Virus record (IMG/VR): IMGVR_UViG_3300034167_000343
Location: 1-59,802 of that record
DNA from: a virus
Lineage: Duplodnaviria > Caudoviricetes
Direction: 5' to 3' (one strand)
DNA: 59,802 nucleotides
Shown in pieces: positions 1 to 8,460 of the stretch. Position numbers and translations under genes: made by a program. The first letter of the stretch is position 1. Every line of letters begins with the position of its first letter. Under the pieces are notes generated by a model, which saw only the letters and a list, made by a program, of their open reading frames with translations, had not been told where the DNA came from and ran no database searches.

Positions 1-10
1 CTCCACCCCC

Positions 11-57
11 GACTGTTAATCCGTAGGTCCCTGGTTCGAGCCCAGGTCGGGGAGCCA
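11..57 (+). mobile_element. attP core: 3' half of tRNA-Asn(GTT)
   Basis: GACTGTTAATCCGTAGGTCCCTGGTTCGAGCCCAGGTCGGGGAGCCA has the GTT anticodon loop, T-arm (GGTTCGA) and CCA end. The preceding 10 nt (CTCCACCCCC) are not a tRNA 5' half. It is adjacent to an integrase. Confidence 0.9.
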
Positions 58-65
58 AGAAATAC

Positions 66-87
66 GGGCACTTTGTCGATAGTGCCC
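66..87. terminator. Hairpin between att core and integrase stop
   Basis: GGGCACT-N8-AGTGCCC inverted repeat; no strong U-tract. Confidence 0.45.
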
Positions 88-94
88 ACTAACC

Positions 95-1126
95 TCAAGC
101 CGTCTCTGTGCTTATTTTGTGCAGGACGGCTTTTTTCTTGCCCAGCACACCGTCCAGCGCAGCAGCCTTCGGACTGAGGTGATCGACGTCCAGGTGCGCA
201 TACCGCTGCACCATGGCCCTCGACTCCCAGCCCCCCAGCTCCTGGAGATCATCCAGCCCCACACCGGCCTGACGCATCAGGCTGGCCCAGGTGTGACGAA
301 GGTCGTGCCAGCGCACATCCTCCAGCCCCGCCAGCCCCAGCGCCTTGGCCCACATCCGCGACGGCACGTCATGGATCAGGTTCTCGCTGAACACGTACTC
401 CTGGTGACGGCCCAGCCACGTACGCAACACCGACACCGCCGTCTCGTTGAGTGGAATGGAGAACGGCAGATCGTTCTTCATCACATCCTGCGGGAACGTC
501 GCCTTGCGCCGCTGCAAATCCACTTGCGCCCAGCGCAAACTCAGCACGTTGCTCTGTCGCAGCCCCGTGGCCACCGAGAACAGCGCCATGTCGGCATACG
601 GCCGAGGCAGCACCTCCACCAGCCGCGTCACCTCCTCGGTCGTGAGAAAGCGACGCCTCACCACTTCACCCGCCACCAGCCTGAACTTCGGTGACTGCTC
701 CAGCCACATCCACTCCCGGTGCGCCGTCAGAATCACCGATCGAAGGAACGCGAGCTTGCGGTTGACCGTCGCCGGCTTCACGCGCTTGAGTTCCTCATCA
801 CGGATGTCCCTCACGACGTCCGGGGTCACCTCCTCCAGGAGGCGAACCTGAGCACTTGAGAACTGCTCCTTCCACCACTGACCGGAGCGTTCGTCGTCCT
901 TGTAGCTGCGCTTGTAGCTGCGCTCTTTCAAGAACCGATCGATCGCCTCGACCAAGGTTCGCTTTTGCAGATCCTTGACGACCCGGCCGCGCCAGATCTC
1001 GGCACGGATGCGGTCGTGGTACTCGCTGGCTTGCGGCTTGTCTTCCGTCTTGCACGACCCACGGAAGACCTTGCCCTTGACCGTGATGGTGTACCACCAC
1101 GTTTTGTTCCTCAGGAAAATGCTCAT
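95..1126 (-). CDS. int: Tyrosine recombinase / phage integrase
   Basis: TGLR, WHDLRHTWAS, LGGW and QRYAH catalytic motifs; N-terminal arm-binding-like domain; GGAGG RBS. Confidence 0.97.
   Translation of the reverse strand: MSIFLRNKTWWYTITVKGKVFRGSCKTEDKPQASEYHDRIRAEIWRGRVVKDLQKRTLVEAIDRFLKERSYKRSYKDDERSGQWWKEQFSSAQVRLLEEVTPDVVRDIRDEELKRVKPATVNRKLAFLRSVILTAHREWMWLEQSPKFRLVAGEVVRRRFLTTEEVTRLVEVLPRPYADMALFSVATGLRQSNVLSLRWAQVDLQRRKATFPQDVMKNDLPFSIPLNETAVSVLRTWLGRHQEYVFSENLIHDVPSRMWAKALGLAGLEDVRWHDLRHTWASLMRQAGVGLDDLQELGGWESRAMVQRYAHLDVDHLSPKAAALDGVLGKKKAVLHKISTETA
107..121 (+). repeat. Putative integrase arm-type site
   Basis: TGTGCTTATTTTGTG is 14/15 identical to 59712-59726. Confidence 0.6.
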
Positions 1127-1138
1127 CTTTGTCCTCCA

Positions 1139-1191
1139 AAGAAAAGCCCCGCTGAAGACCGCAGTACCAAGATACCACAGCCCGCAGCGGG
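1139..1191 (-). terminator. Long GU-rich hairpin with U-tract directly upstream of the int RBS
   Basis: Minus strand reads CCCCGCTG...CAGCGGGG followed by CTTTTCTTT, then GGAGG. Confidence 0.7.
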
Positions 1192-1205
1192 GACTTTGAG
1201 GGGGC

Positions 1206-1436
1206 TCAGGCGGCCTGGGCGATGGGCGTCACGTTGGAGGCGGCATCCTCCTGGGCGACGCTTTGCTCGAGCTTCACGCCCGCACTCATCAGCCTGGCCA
1301 CGGCATGCGAGTTGGCGGTCTTGACTTCAAAGAGGTCGTTGGCCACATGGCGCATCGCCTGAGCAGGGCTCTGGGCGAGAACGAGGCGACCGGTGCCGCT
1401 GGCTTTGGTGGTAACTGCGTAGATGCGCTGTTGCAT
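1206..1436 (-). CDS. Hypothetical phage protein (76 aa)
   Basis: ORF with GAGGA RBS in the leftward operon. Confidence 0.75.
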   Translation of the reverse strand: MQQRIYAVTTKASGTGRLVLAQSPAQAMRHVANDLFEVKTANSHAVARLMSAGVKLEQSVAQEDAASNVTPIAQAA

Positions 1437-1548
1437 ATTAGGTTTTCCTCTGTGTTGCTGAATTGCCGGTGACGATATTCCGGCGCTGGTGCCGCCCGAT
1501 TACTCCGGGCCTTCCCCGTCCTTCAACGGAGCCAGCCGATCGAGCCAC

Positions 1549-1785
1549 TCACTTCTGCGCGGCCCTTTGGGTAGCCATACCCGTCAGGGAAGGCATGGCG
1601 CCCATCAGCTCCGCCGATGTCACGCCCGGTTTCTTGATCAGCTTGAGCGCCTGCTCGCGCGCCTTCAGCCATTTCCTGGTGGTTTGAACAGAGCCGCCCA
1701 TGACCTCTTGCGGGACCTTGTTCGTCAGCCTGCGGATGTCCTCCTTCATGCGGTCCAGGGCATCCCGCTCGTATTCATTTGCCAT
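1549..1785 (-). CDS. Hypothetical protein (78 aa, start MANEY)
   Basis: Overlaps the upstream ORF stop; high-GC3 codon usage. Confidence 0.7.
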   Translation of the reverse strand: MANEYERDALDRMKEDIRRLTNKVPQEVMGGSVQTTRKWLKAREQALKLIKKPGVTSAELMGAMPSLTGMATQRAAQK

Positions 1786-2035
1786 GGTGTTCCCCCAGCA
1801 TCTTCTCGATGGGCTCGATACGGACCCGGCCCGCAATGCAAGCCTCCGAGTACAGGGCATAAGACCTTGCGAGGTCGTCGCCGTGGTCCATGCGCCACCC
1901 CTGGTACATCTCCCTGCGCCTTGTCGGCGAGGAGGTGCTCATGGCCTGCCTCACATGAGCCACCAAGTTCTTCCTGCACTCGAGGAGCTGCTTCGCCCAA
2001 AAGGCTTCCAGGGCCACCGACTCCTCGTCGGTCAT
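1775..2035 (-). CDS. Hypothetical protein (86 aa, start MTDEE)
   Basis: Tiles the operon between its neighbours. Confidence 0.65.
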   Translation of the reverse strand: MTDEESVALEAFWAKQLLECRKNLVAHVRQAMSTSSPTRRREMYQGWRMDHGDDLARSYALYSEACIAGRVRIEPIEKMLGEHHGK

Positions 2036-2049
2036 ACCTGGACGCCACT

Positions 2050-2547
2050 TCACACGAAGCTCGACAGGTCGGGGGCCTTCCACCCGGGCGGCTTGCCGAT
2101 CTTCCCGCCATCCAGGATCACGGGCCTGCCGTCGACCAGCTTGGCTTCGTTGGAGGCCAGGACCGCCTGATCTGCGCCGTCCTTGTCGAGGCCCGCGAGG
2201 TAGGCCACGCCATTGCCGGTGACCTCCAGATCGCACAGGGCATCGAGGGCGTACTCCCGGCTGAACGGCGGGATGATGGCCATCTCGGCCCCGCTCTTCA
2301 GCCCGAAGGCGATCTTTTGCAGGAGGTCGGACGCCACCGCCAAGCGGTGAACCGACATGCTGTGAGGGTCATCGACCTCAAGCTGGTCCAGGAACTCGAT
2401 GAATTCCTCGATGTGGCAGCCGATCTGGACCGACAGGTTCTGGTCCGTCGGCTTCTTGCCGCAGGCATGCAGCCACGCGGCGGCGCGCTGGAAGTTGTTC
2501 ATCTTTTTCGCGGCGGGTTGTGTCAGATTGGAAAAGTCGAGCTTCAT
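2050..2547 (-). CDS. MazG-like all-alpha NTP pyrophosphohydrolase
   Basis: EEFIEF, DALCDL, SNEAK and GKIGKPPGWKAPDL motifs. Confidence 0.85.
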   Translation of the reverse strand: MKLDFSNLTQPAAKKMNNFQRAAAWLHACGKKPTDQNLSVQIGCHIEEFIEFLDQLEVDDPHSMSVHRLAVASDLLQKIAFGLKSGAEMAIIPPFSREYALDALCDLEVTGNGVAYLAGLDKDGADQAVLASNEAKLVDGRPVILDGGKIGKPPGWKAPDLSSFV

Positions 2548-2885
2548 TTGCTGCTCCGTTTCCAGAGCGTTTTGGGCGACCCGTGACAGCTCGCGCTGGA
2601 CTGCTTTTGATAGCCGCAGGCCACCACGTAACCATCTTTGTGGGCGCGCCTCGCGACAAGCCCCCAGGCGCGGTTGTCCGGTGGCGGCGTGAAGCCGAGC
2701 TTCTCCGCCCAGGCACGCACCTCCTCGGTCATGAAACCGTCGGGCTTCTGGATGGCGTACAACCTGAACAGGCCCAGGGCGTCATCGCTCCAGCCCTCAT
2801 TGACCCGATCCGCATGGGCGGCGGCCAGAGTCATGCTGGCGTCTGCCCCCAGGCCCGCCAACTCCTTGTCGAGCACCGTGGTCAT
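2544..2885 (-). CDS. Conserved hypothetical phage protein (113 aa)
   Basis: PPPDNRAWG and HGSPKTLW motifs; ATGA overlaps at both ends. Confidence 0.75.
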   Translation of the reverse strand: MTTVLDKELAGLGADASMTLAAAHADRVNEGWSDDALGLFRLYAIQKPDGFMTEEVRAWAEKLGFTPPPDNRAWGLVARRAHKDGYVVACGYQKQSSASCHGSPKTLWKRSSK

Positions 2886-3160
2886 CGGATCACCCCCTGG
2901 AGTCGGTCGGCCACCAGCTTGGCGTAGCCGGCGATGTCCACCCAGGAGTCGACGTAGTCCGGGTCGCCATTCACGATCCGGCCGATCTTGTGGCAGATCA
3001 TCTCCAGCGCTTCGAGCTGGTCGGCGTCGCACTCCACCTTGCTGACGTTGTCCATGTGCCGGTACAGGGTCCTCTTCAACTCCTGGGTGACCGCCGCATG
3101 GTTCTTGAAGGCCCCGTAGCGGGACCCACGCTCTTCGAGCGTGACCGTGATGTCATCCAT
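2882..3160 (-). CDS. DUF6378-like phage protein (92 aa)
   Basis: LEERGSRYG, KIGRIVNGDPDY and DSWVDIAGYA motifs. Confidence 0.8.
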   Translation of the reverse strand: MDDITVTLEERGSRYGAFKNHAAVTQELKRTLYRHMDNVSKVECDADQLEALEMICHKIGRIVNGDPDYVDSWVDIAGYAKLVADRLQGVIR

Positions 3161-3323
3161 TGTTTTCCTCGTACTGGTTCTTGAGGAAGCCGTCCAGGTC
3201 TTCCTTCCGAAATCGCCACTGCCGCCCGATCTTCCCGGACGGTATCTTTCGTTCTCGCGCCATCTTCCGCAAAGAGAATGGGCTGATGCCAAGGTACTTG
3301 GCTGCGTCAAAAATCGACATCAT
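3153..3323 (-). CDS. xis: Excisionase-family HTH DNA-binding protein (56 aa; not in ORF track)
   Basis: Hand translation MMSIFDAAKYLGISPFSLRKMARERKIPSGKIGRQWRFRKEDLDGFL fits the xis/HTH_17 pattern; AAGGA RBS. Confidence 0.85.
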   Translation of the reverse strand: MMSIFDAAKYLGISPFSLRKMARERKIPSGKIGRQWRFRKEDLDGFLKNQYEENNG

Positions 3324-4161
3324 TTCCTTGTTGTCCTTCTTCTTTTTGTAGTCGTTGGTACTGAGGACAGAAAGGTGCGACTTCGCAGTAGTTTTCGCAG
3401 CGCCTGTTCACTCCGGGCCTCTCAACAATTTCCATCCCTGGCCCTGGGTCACCAAGCTCTTCGCGATTAGGGCTGACCCTAACTGCGCGTTTGCCGCCTG
3501 CTTTCATGAGCGCATAGGTGGTTCCTGAATACCACCGCTCGTCGGCGCTGCATTCAGACATCATGCCGTCATCTGCATTTTTGTGTAAGGCTATTCTTAT
3601 TTTTATGTAGGACAAAACTTCCTCATAAGGCCAAACTCTAATAGATATTTTCTTGATGGCCTGCTCCGGATAATCATGTTTCCTGAGCGCTTCTGATTTC
3701 TTCCAGTCCCTGAAGATGGCCACCACCTCCAGGTGGTCGATCTCAATCCCGTTCTCGCGGGCCAGCCAGCGCAGCACATTGAGTTGACGCTCCCACCCCT
3801 CGTCGCCGCCGGCCTTGTAGGTGGAGCAGACCTTCCAGTCCTGGAGCACCCGGTCTGCGATATGGGCCCGGTCAAATTGGCCGCTGAGCGTGACGCCGTC
3901 GACCTTGGCGTACAGCCGCTGCTCCACCACCGCCGAGGTCTCGGCCCGCTCCAGCACCGTATGCACCGCCTGACCCATCAGGGACCAGATGCGCTCGCTG
4001 ACGTCCTCGACCACCACATCGCGGTACTGCTTGGCCAACACACGCTTCTGCGCGCTGTCGATCAGCTTGGTCACTGAGATGTCGCCCCCTCCCGTGTAGG
4101 GGTCGTTCCGCACCGCAGCGACCAACGCATCCGGGAGCCCGTACAGGTTGGTCAGGTTCAT
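3307..4161 (-). CDS. PD-(D/E)XK exonuclease (recombination, Cas4/AddB-like)
   Basis: GQAVH, E-x-R, GQFD, DWK and QLN motifs; C-terminal Cys cluster RCENYC..FC; real start MNLTN via TGATG overlap. Confidence 0.85.
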   Translation of the reverse strand: MNLTNLYGLPDALVAAVRNDPYTGGGDISVTKLIDSAQKRVLAKQYRDVVVEDVSERIWSLMGQAVHTVLERAETSAVVEQRLYAKVDGVTLSGQFDRAHIADRVLQDWKVCSTYKAGGDEGWERQLNVLRWLARENGIEIDHLEVVAIFRDWKKSEALRKHDYPEQAIKKISIRVWPYEEVLSYIKIRIALHKNADDGMMSECSADERWYSGTTYALMKAGGKRAVRVSPNREELGDPGPGMEIVERPGVNRRCENYCEVAPFCPQYQRLQKEEGQQGNDVDF

Positions 4162-4430
4162 CAGAAGTCGACCTCGACTTCGTTGTTGGTGCGCTTCGGG
4201 GCACTGCGCTGAGGTGCGCTGCCCTGCTCGCGGGGCGCGTACTTCGGATCCGGCAGGCGCAGGACGCCGGACTTGAACGGGTTTCCGGCCTTGGACACGC
4301 GGTTCCAGATGGCGACTTCGTACTTGGTGCCGTCCGGGAACTCGACGGTGCCGGTCTCGTGTGGCGCCTTCTCGTTCGTGCGGCGGTTGTTCTCGAAGAT
4401 CGTGATCTCGATTTGGTTGTTGTAGGTCAT
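4161..4430 (-). CDS. Putative ssDNA-binding protein (small OB-fold, DUF736-like)
   Basis: NEKAP..TG and YEVAIW motifs; flexible tail ending EVEVDF; lies between ERF and the exonuclease. Confidence 0.65.
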   Translation of the reverse strand: MTYNNQIEITIFENNRRTNEKAPHETGTVEFPDGTKYEVAIWNRVSKAGNPFKSGVLRLPDPKYAPREQGSAPQRSAPKRTNNEVEVDF

Positions 4431-4432
4431 GT

Positions 4433-5020
4433 TCAGGACTCCTTGGTTTGGGCGGCCTTCTTTTGAAGGCGGGCGATGACCTCCTGGACCTTGGCCAGGG
4501 GCAGTTGGTTGATGGAGCTGATGCTGTAGGCGCCAGCGATCGCCTCCAGGGGCATCTGCACCGAGGCGGCAAGGCTGGTGATGGCCGCCAGTTCGTTCGG
4601 TCCGGCCAGCGCTTCCTGGCGCTTCTGAGGGGGCGCGTTGCGCACCGCCGCCGTCGCCGCATTTGCATCGTCGTCTTCGGGCGCGATCCCGCAGGCCGCC
4701 ATGAGCGAGTACCTGCGCGCATAGGTCAGTGCTGACCCGTATCCCTGAGGGTCGTGCTTTGCGGCGGGCACGTACAGGCGACCGGCGCTGAAGACCTCGC
4801 CGGATTCATGCACGAAGGTGGTCTCCACGACCACGCCCGTGTCGGACTCGTGGGTCTGCTGGATGAGCGCGATGCCGCTGTCGTTGAGCGCGTCGATGAC
4901 GGCCTCAACACAGGCCGCCAGATCGGCGTAGCGGCTCTTGAAGTGCGGGTTCGAGCTGGTCTTGAGTGCCGGGCCAAAAGCCTTCTGCGCACGGACCAGG
5001 GCCGCCGAGATCTCTTTCAT
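4433..5020 (-). CDS. erf: ERF-family single-strand annealing protein
   Basis: NPHFKSRYADL and GSALTYARRYSL...EDDDA signature; AGGAGG RBS before ATG 5020. Confidence 0.93.
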   Translation of the reverse strand: MKEISAALVRAQKAFGPALKTSSNPHFKSRYADLAACVEAVIDALNDSGIALIQQTHESDTGVVVETTFVHESGEVFSAGRLYVPAAKHDPQGYGSALTYARRYSLMAACGIAPEDDDANAATAAVRNAPPQKRQEALAGPNELAAITSLAASVQMPLEAIAGAYSISSINQLPLAKVQEVIARLQKKAAQTKES

Positions 5021-5069
5021 CAGTCCTCCTAGTTGTAACAGGGTTCGGTGTTGCGATAGCAACCAGCTA

Positions 5070-5272
5070 TTGTCCACAGGATGTGCGCAACGTGTCTGAT
5101 TGTAGGTGTAGGAGTTCTCCTATCGATCTAGGTGTTTCCACCAGTTGTGTGTACAACTTGTGGATAAATAATCCTCAACATTGTTTCTTAAGGCTTTACA
5201 GCGTTTTCTTACTGTGGACAACCTTGATCTTAGGTGCTCTTTAAGGCTCCTGTAGCAACAAAGTTATCCACA
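5070..5272. promoter_or_regulatory. DnaA-box cluster in the AT-rich divergent intergenic region
   Basis: Perfect TTATCCACA at 5159-5167(-) and 5264-5272(+); TTGTCCACA at 5070-5078(+) and 5213-5221(-); TTGTACACA at 5148-5156(-). Confidence 0.75.
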
Positions 5273-5349
5273 GGCCAACAATAGACAGCACCTTGTTACA
5301 TAGGCTGTCTCTATTGCACACACGAACACTTACATCAACACAGAACAAC

Positions 5350-7056
5350 ATGAAGTCATTCGCCGACTACGGCATCGACCTCCAGGGGAAGTCCGGAGAA
5401 GAGGTCAAGGTCACCTGCCCTCAGTGCTCAAGCACCCGTAAGAAAAAGAGCTACCCGTGCCTCAACGTCAACACCTCGAAGGGCACCTGGCACTGCTGGC
5501 ACTGCGGCTGGTCGGGCGGAATTCCTACAGGCGTGGTCAACCGATCTGCCCCTCCCTCCCGGCGCGTCTACCCGAAGCCTGAGTTCCGTCCTGCGGCTTT
5601 GTCTGACGGGGCCTTCAAGTTCTTCGAGAAGCGCGGCATCACGATCGATGTGCTGATCCGCAACCGCGTTTCGATGGAACGGGTGTGGATGCCCCAGATC
5701 GAGGACGAGGTGACCGCCATTGCCTTCCCGTACTACCGAGGCGGAGAGGTCGTGAACATCAAGTACCGCGACGGCGCCAAGAACTTCCGTCAGGTCGCCG
5801 GGGCCCAGAAGGTCCTCTACAAGTACGACGACATTGCCGAGGTCACCCTCATCACTGAGGGTGAGCTGGACGCCCTGGCCCTGGAGGTGGCGGGCTTTCA
5901 GAACGCGATCTCGGTGCCTGATGGCGCACCCGACCCCTCAGCCAAGAACTTCGACACCAAGTTCGAGTACCTGGACGACGATCGTCTGGATCAGGTCAAG
6001 CAGTTCATCCTGGCGGTCGACGCCGATGAGCCTGGGCACCGCCTGGAAGATGAGCTGGCCCGCCGCCTGGGCCGTGACAAGTGCCTGCGCGTGACATGGC
6101 CCGAGGGCTGTAAGGATGCCAATGAGGTCCTGGTGACGCATGGCGCCCAGGTCTTGCGCGAGTGCATTGAGGACGCGAAGGCGTTCCCCCTGGAGGGCAT
6201 CTTCTCGATGGGCGACATCGAGGCCGACCTGGACAACATGCTGGAGTTCGGCCTCATCCAGGGCGAGCCCACCGGGTGGGATTCGGTGAACTCGCTCTAC
6301 ACGCCCGCCCCCGGTCAGTGGACCTTGGTCACCGGCATCCCGAGCATGGGCAAGAGCGAGTGGCTTGATGCTTTGGCGGTGAACCTTGCGGAGAACGCAG
6401 GCTGGACCTTTGGTGTGTGCAGCCCCGAGAACCAGCCCATCTCCTGGCATGCCGCCAAGCTCATCGAGAAGCGCATGGGTGAGCGGCTGGTGGCGGGCCG
6501 CGTCAACGCCTCGTTGTTCCAGGGCGCGAAGGAGTGGATGTCCCAGCACTTCCACTTCATCATGCCCGAGGATCCCACGCTGGAGTCGGTGCTGGCCAAG
6601 GCCAAGGCGCTGGTCAGGCGGCACGGGATGAAGGGTCTGATCATCGATCCTTACAACGAGCTGGACCACACGAAGCGCAGAGACAACGTGGCAGAGACGG
6701 AGTACGTCTCGCTCTTCCTGACGCAGCTCCGCAAGTTCGCGCGCGAAAACTCGATCCACATCTGGCTGGTGGCACACCCCGCCAAGCTGATGAAGGACAA
6801 CAAGGGCATCTACCCGGTGCCTGATGGCTACACGGTCTCAGGCTCGGCGCACTTCTACAACAAGGCCGACAACATCGTGGCGGTCCACCGCGACCTCACG
6901 AACCCGCAGGCGGCCACCGAGGTTCACGTTCAGAAGGTGCGCAGCCGCTGGCTGGGCAAGCGTGGCGTGGCCTACCTCCAGTGGAAGTCTGAATCGGGGC
7001 GCTTCAGGGAGTTTGCGGGCGCCTACAGCCCTCCAGGAACGGAGGTGTACGAGTGA
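5350..7056 (+). CDS. Bifunctional DNA primase-helicase (T7 gp4/Twinkle-like)
   Basis: Zn finger CPQC..CWHC; TOPRIM EGELD, DADEPG and KDANE; SF4 helicase Walker A GIPSMGKS and IIDP. Confidence 0.95.
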   Translation: MKSFADYGIDLQGKSGEEVKVTCPQCSSTRKKKSYPCLNVNTSKGTWHCWHCGWSGGIPTGVVNRSAPPSRRVYPKPEFRPAALSDGAFKFFEKRGITIDVLIRNRVSMERVWMPQIEDEVTAIAFPYYRGGEVVNIKYRDGAKNFRQVAGAQKVLYKYDDIAEVTLITEGELDALALEVAGFQNAISVPDGAPDPSAKNFDTKFEYLDDDRLDQVKQFILAVDADEPGHRLEDELARRLGRDKCLRVTWPEGCKDANEVLVTHGAQVLRECIEDAKAFPLEGIFSMGDIEADLDNMLEFGLIQGEPTGWDSVNSLYTPAPGQWTLVTGIPSMGKSEWLDALAVNLAENAGWTFGVCSPENQPISWHAAKLIEKRMGERLVAGRVNASLFQGAKEWMSQHFHFIMPEDPTLESVLAKAKALVRRHGMKGLIIDPYNELDHTKRRDNVAETEYVSLFLTQLRKFARENSIHIWLVAHPAKLMKDNKGIYPVPDGYTVSGSAHFYNKADNIVAVHRDLTNPQAATEVHVQKVRSRWLGKRGVAYLQWKSESGRFREFAGAYSPPGTEVYE

Positions 7057-7346
7057 CCCACCGCAACCCACGTTTGCTTTCCCTGGCGCGTGACCAAGCC
7101 TGCGTCGCGTGCGGCGTCAACGACGGAACCGTCGTGGCGGCTCACTCCAACCTGGGCGAGCACGGCAAAGGCATGGGCCTGAAAGCTCATGACGGCATGA
7201 GCGCATGGCTCTGCCACCAGTGCCACCACCAGCTCGACCAGGGCGCCCGCATGAGCAAGGCCGAGCGGCGCTTATTCACCCTGGAATCCATCTGCCTGAC
7301 CTACATGCAGCTTTGGAGCCAGGGACTCATTGAGGTGAAGACATGA
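7053..7346 (+). CDS. DUF1364/YbcO-like HNH-type nuclease
   Basis: CVAC, TVVAAHSN, GMGLKAHD and CHQCH motifs. Confidence 0.8.
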   Translation: MTHRNPRLLSLARDQACVACGVNDGTVVAAHSNLGEHGKGMGLKAHDGMSAWLCHQCHHQLDQGARMSKAERRLFTLESICLTYMQLWSQGLIEVKT

Positions 7347-7726
7347 ACGAGAAGATTTTTGAACACGTCAACGAAGTGCGCGACGAAGCCAACGTGATGC
7401 TGGAAAACCTGAGCACGGTGCGCGGCGAACGGCATGCGCGTCTGGTGCGCAGCCTGCTCCAGTGCTCCAACGTGATGGAGATCTATTCCGCCTGTGTGCA
7501 GATGGGTGACCTCCCTGATGAGGCTCGGGAGGTTTTCGGCGCGGCGATGTGCCGGGCTGTTTACGGAGTCATTACGAACATGGCGGTGTCAGCCAACTTC
7601 ACGCCAGAAGAACTTGAGGAAGCGACCAAGGACGCGGCCGCGATGGACTGGTCCATCTCAGGGCTGATGCGCGACGCAGTGCGGGCCGGCGCCGATGGGA
7701 CTGCCTTTGGGGGCACCAAGGCATGA
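7343..7726 (+). CDS. Hypothetical protein (127 aa)
   Basis: ATGA overlaps; GAGG RBS. Confidence 0.75.
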   Translation: MNEKIFEHVNEVRDEANVMLENLSTVRGERHARLVRSLLQCSNVMEIYSACVQMGDLPDEAREVFGAAMCRAVYGVITNMAVSANFTPEELEEATKDAAAMDWSISGLMRDAVRAGADGTAFGGTKA

Positions 7727-7896
7727 CCCAGCACAACGTCAAAGACAAACCGTACCCGTTCTCGGGATCAGGTCACTCGATGAGCTGGCGCTGCATCCGG
7801 TGCGACAAGGTGCGGCCCATTCTGGGATCGCAGCAGCGCCGCTATGCCGGGCAGATGCGCAAAGTCTGCGCTGAATGCGTTAAGGAAATGCCGTGA
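7723..7896 (+). CDS. Small zinc-ribbon protein (57 aa; not in ORF track)
   Basis: Hand translation MTQHNV...CIRC...CAEC...; fills the gap with overlaps at both ends. Confidence 0.7.
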   Translation: MTQHNVKDKPYPFSGSGHSMSWRCIRCDKVRPILGSQQRRYAGQMRKVCAECVKEMP

Positions 7897-8084
7897 ATGA
7901 GCTGGCTCTTCCGGGTTCTTATGACCCGTCAATCAAAACATCCAAGTGCTCGAAGTGCGGTCAAGACAAGAGCCGATCGGGTGGCGTCGAGACCAAGCCC
8001 GGGCGGTTTCTTTGTCGGGGCTGCTGGCGTTTCAACACGCTGGTCAGATCAAGGAGCCTGAGTGATCACAGACAAGATCGTTAA
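7893..8084 (+). CDS. Small zinc-ribbon protein (63 aa)
   Basis: CSKC...CRGC; AAGGA RBS. Confidence 0.65.
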   Translation: MNELALPGSYDPSIKTSKCSKCGQDKSRSGGVETKPGRFLCRGCWRFNTLVRSRSLSDHRQDR

Positions 8085-8460
8085 GGGCGCTGGGTCGCAT
8101 CGGATCCTGATGTCGTTGAGGGAGCGTCCGCGCACATCGAAAGACCTCAAGCGGGTGGTCGGGGCCATCAACAGTGTTCGCCGCTTCGATGACGAGTACA
8201 TGGGTCGCCTTCTCGCCAACGGCTACGTGTGTTTTGACGGCGTCACATGGCTGATCACGATCAAGGGCGCACAAAAGTGCGCCGACTTGGGTGACCCCGA
8301 GAAGCCGAACAGTCCAGTGCGCCGTCTGTCCAAGTTCCAGACCGCAGTCGCGGAGCACCCGCCTGTGTTGAGGCGAGACGCCATGGACTTCGCGCAGTGG
8401 CCCAGCCGCAGAGGCAACCTTCTTTTTTACCGCGACGGTCGAGTCGAGAAAGTTGAGTGA
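8062..8460 (+). CDS. Hypothetical protein, possible winged HTH
   Basis: AAGGAG RBS + GTG; C-terminal PSRRGN motif. Confidence 0.7.
   Translation: MITDKIVKGAGSHRILMSLRERPRTSKDLKRVVGAINSVRRFDDEYMGRLLANGYVCFDGVTWLITIKGAQKCADLGDPEKPNSPVRRLSKFQTAVAEHPPVLRRDAMDFAQWPSRRGNLLFYRDGRVEKVE

Noticed and set aside
1-57. Complete tRNA-Asn gene
   Set aside because: The 5' acceptor strand, D-arm and most of the 5' anticodon stem are missing, including across the end-start junction; it is an att core.
3307-4161. Cas4 as part of a CRISPR system
   Set aside because: No array or other cas genes; the context (ERF, SSB-like) indicates a recombination exonuclease.
3307-4722. 471-aa ORF as listed in the track
   Set aside because: The 5' extension overlaps the ERF and SSB-like genes in another frame; the real start is the ATG at 4161.
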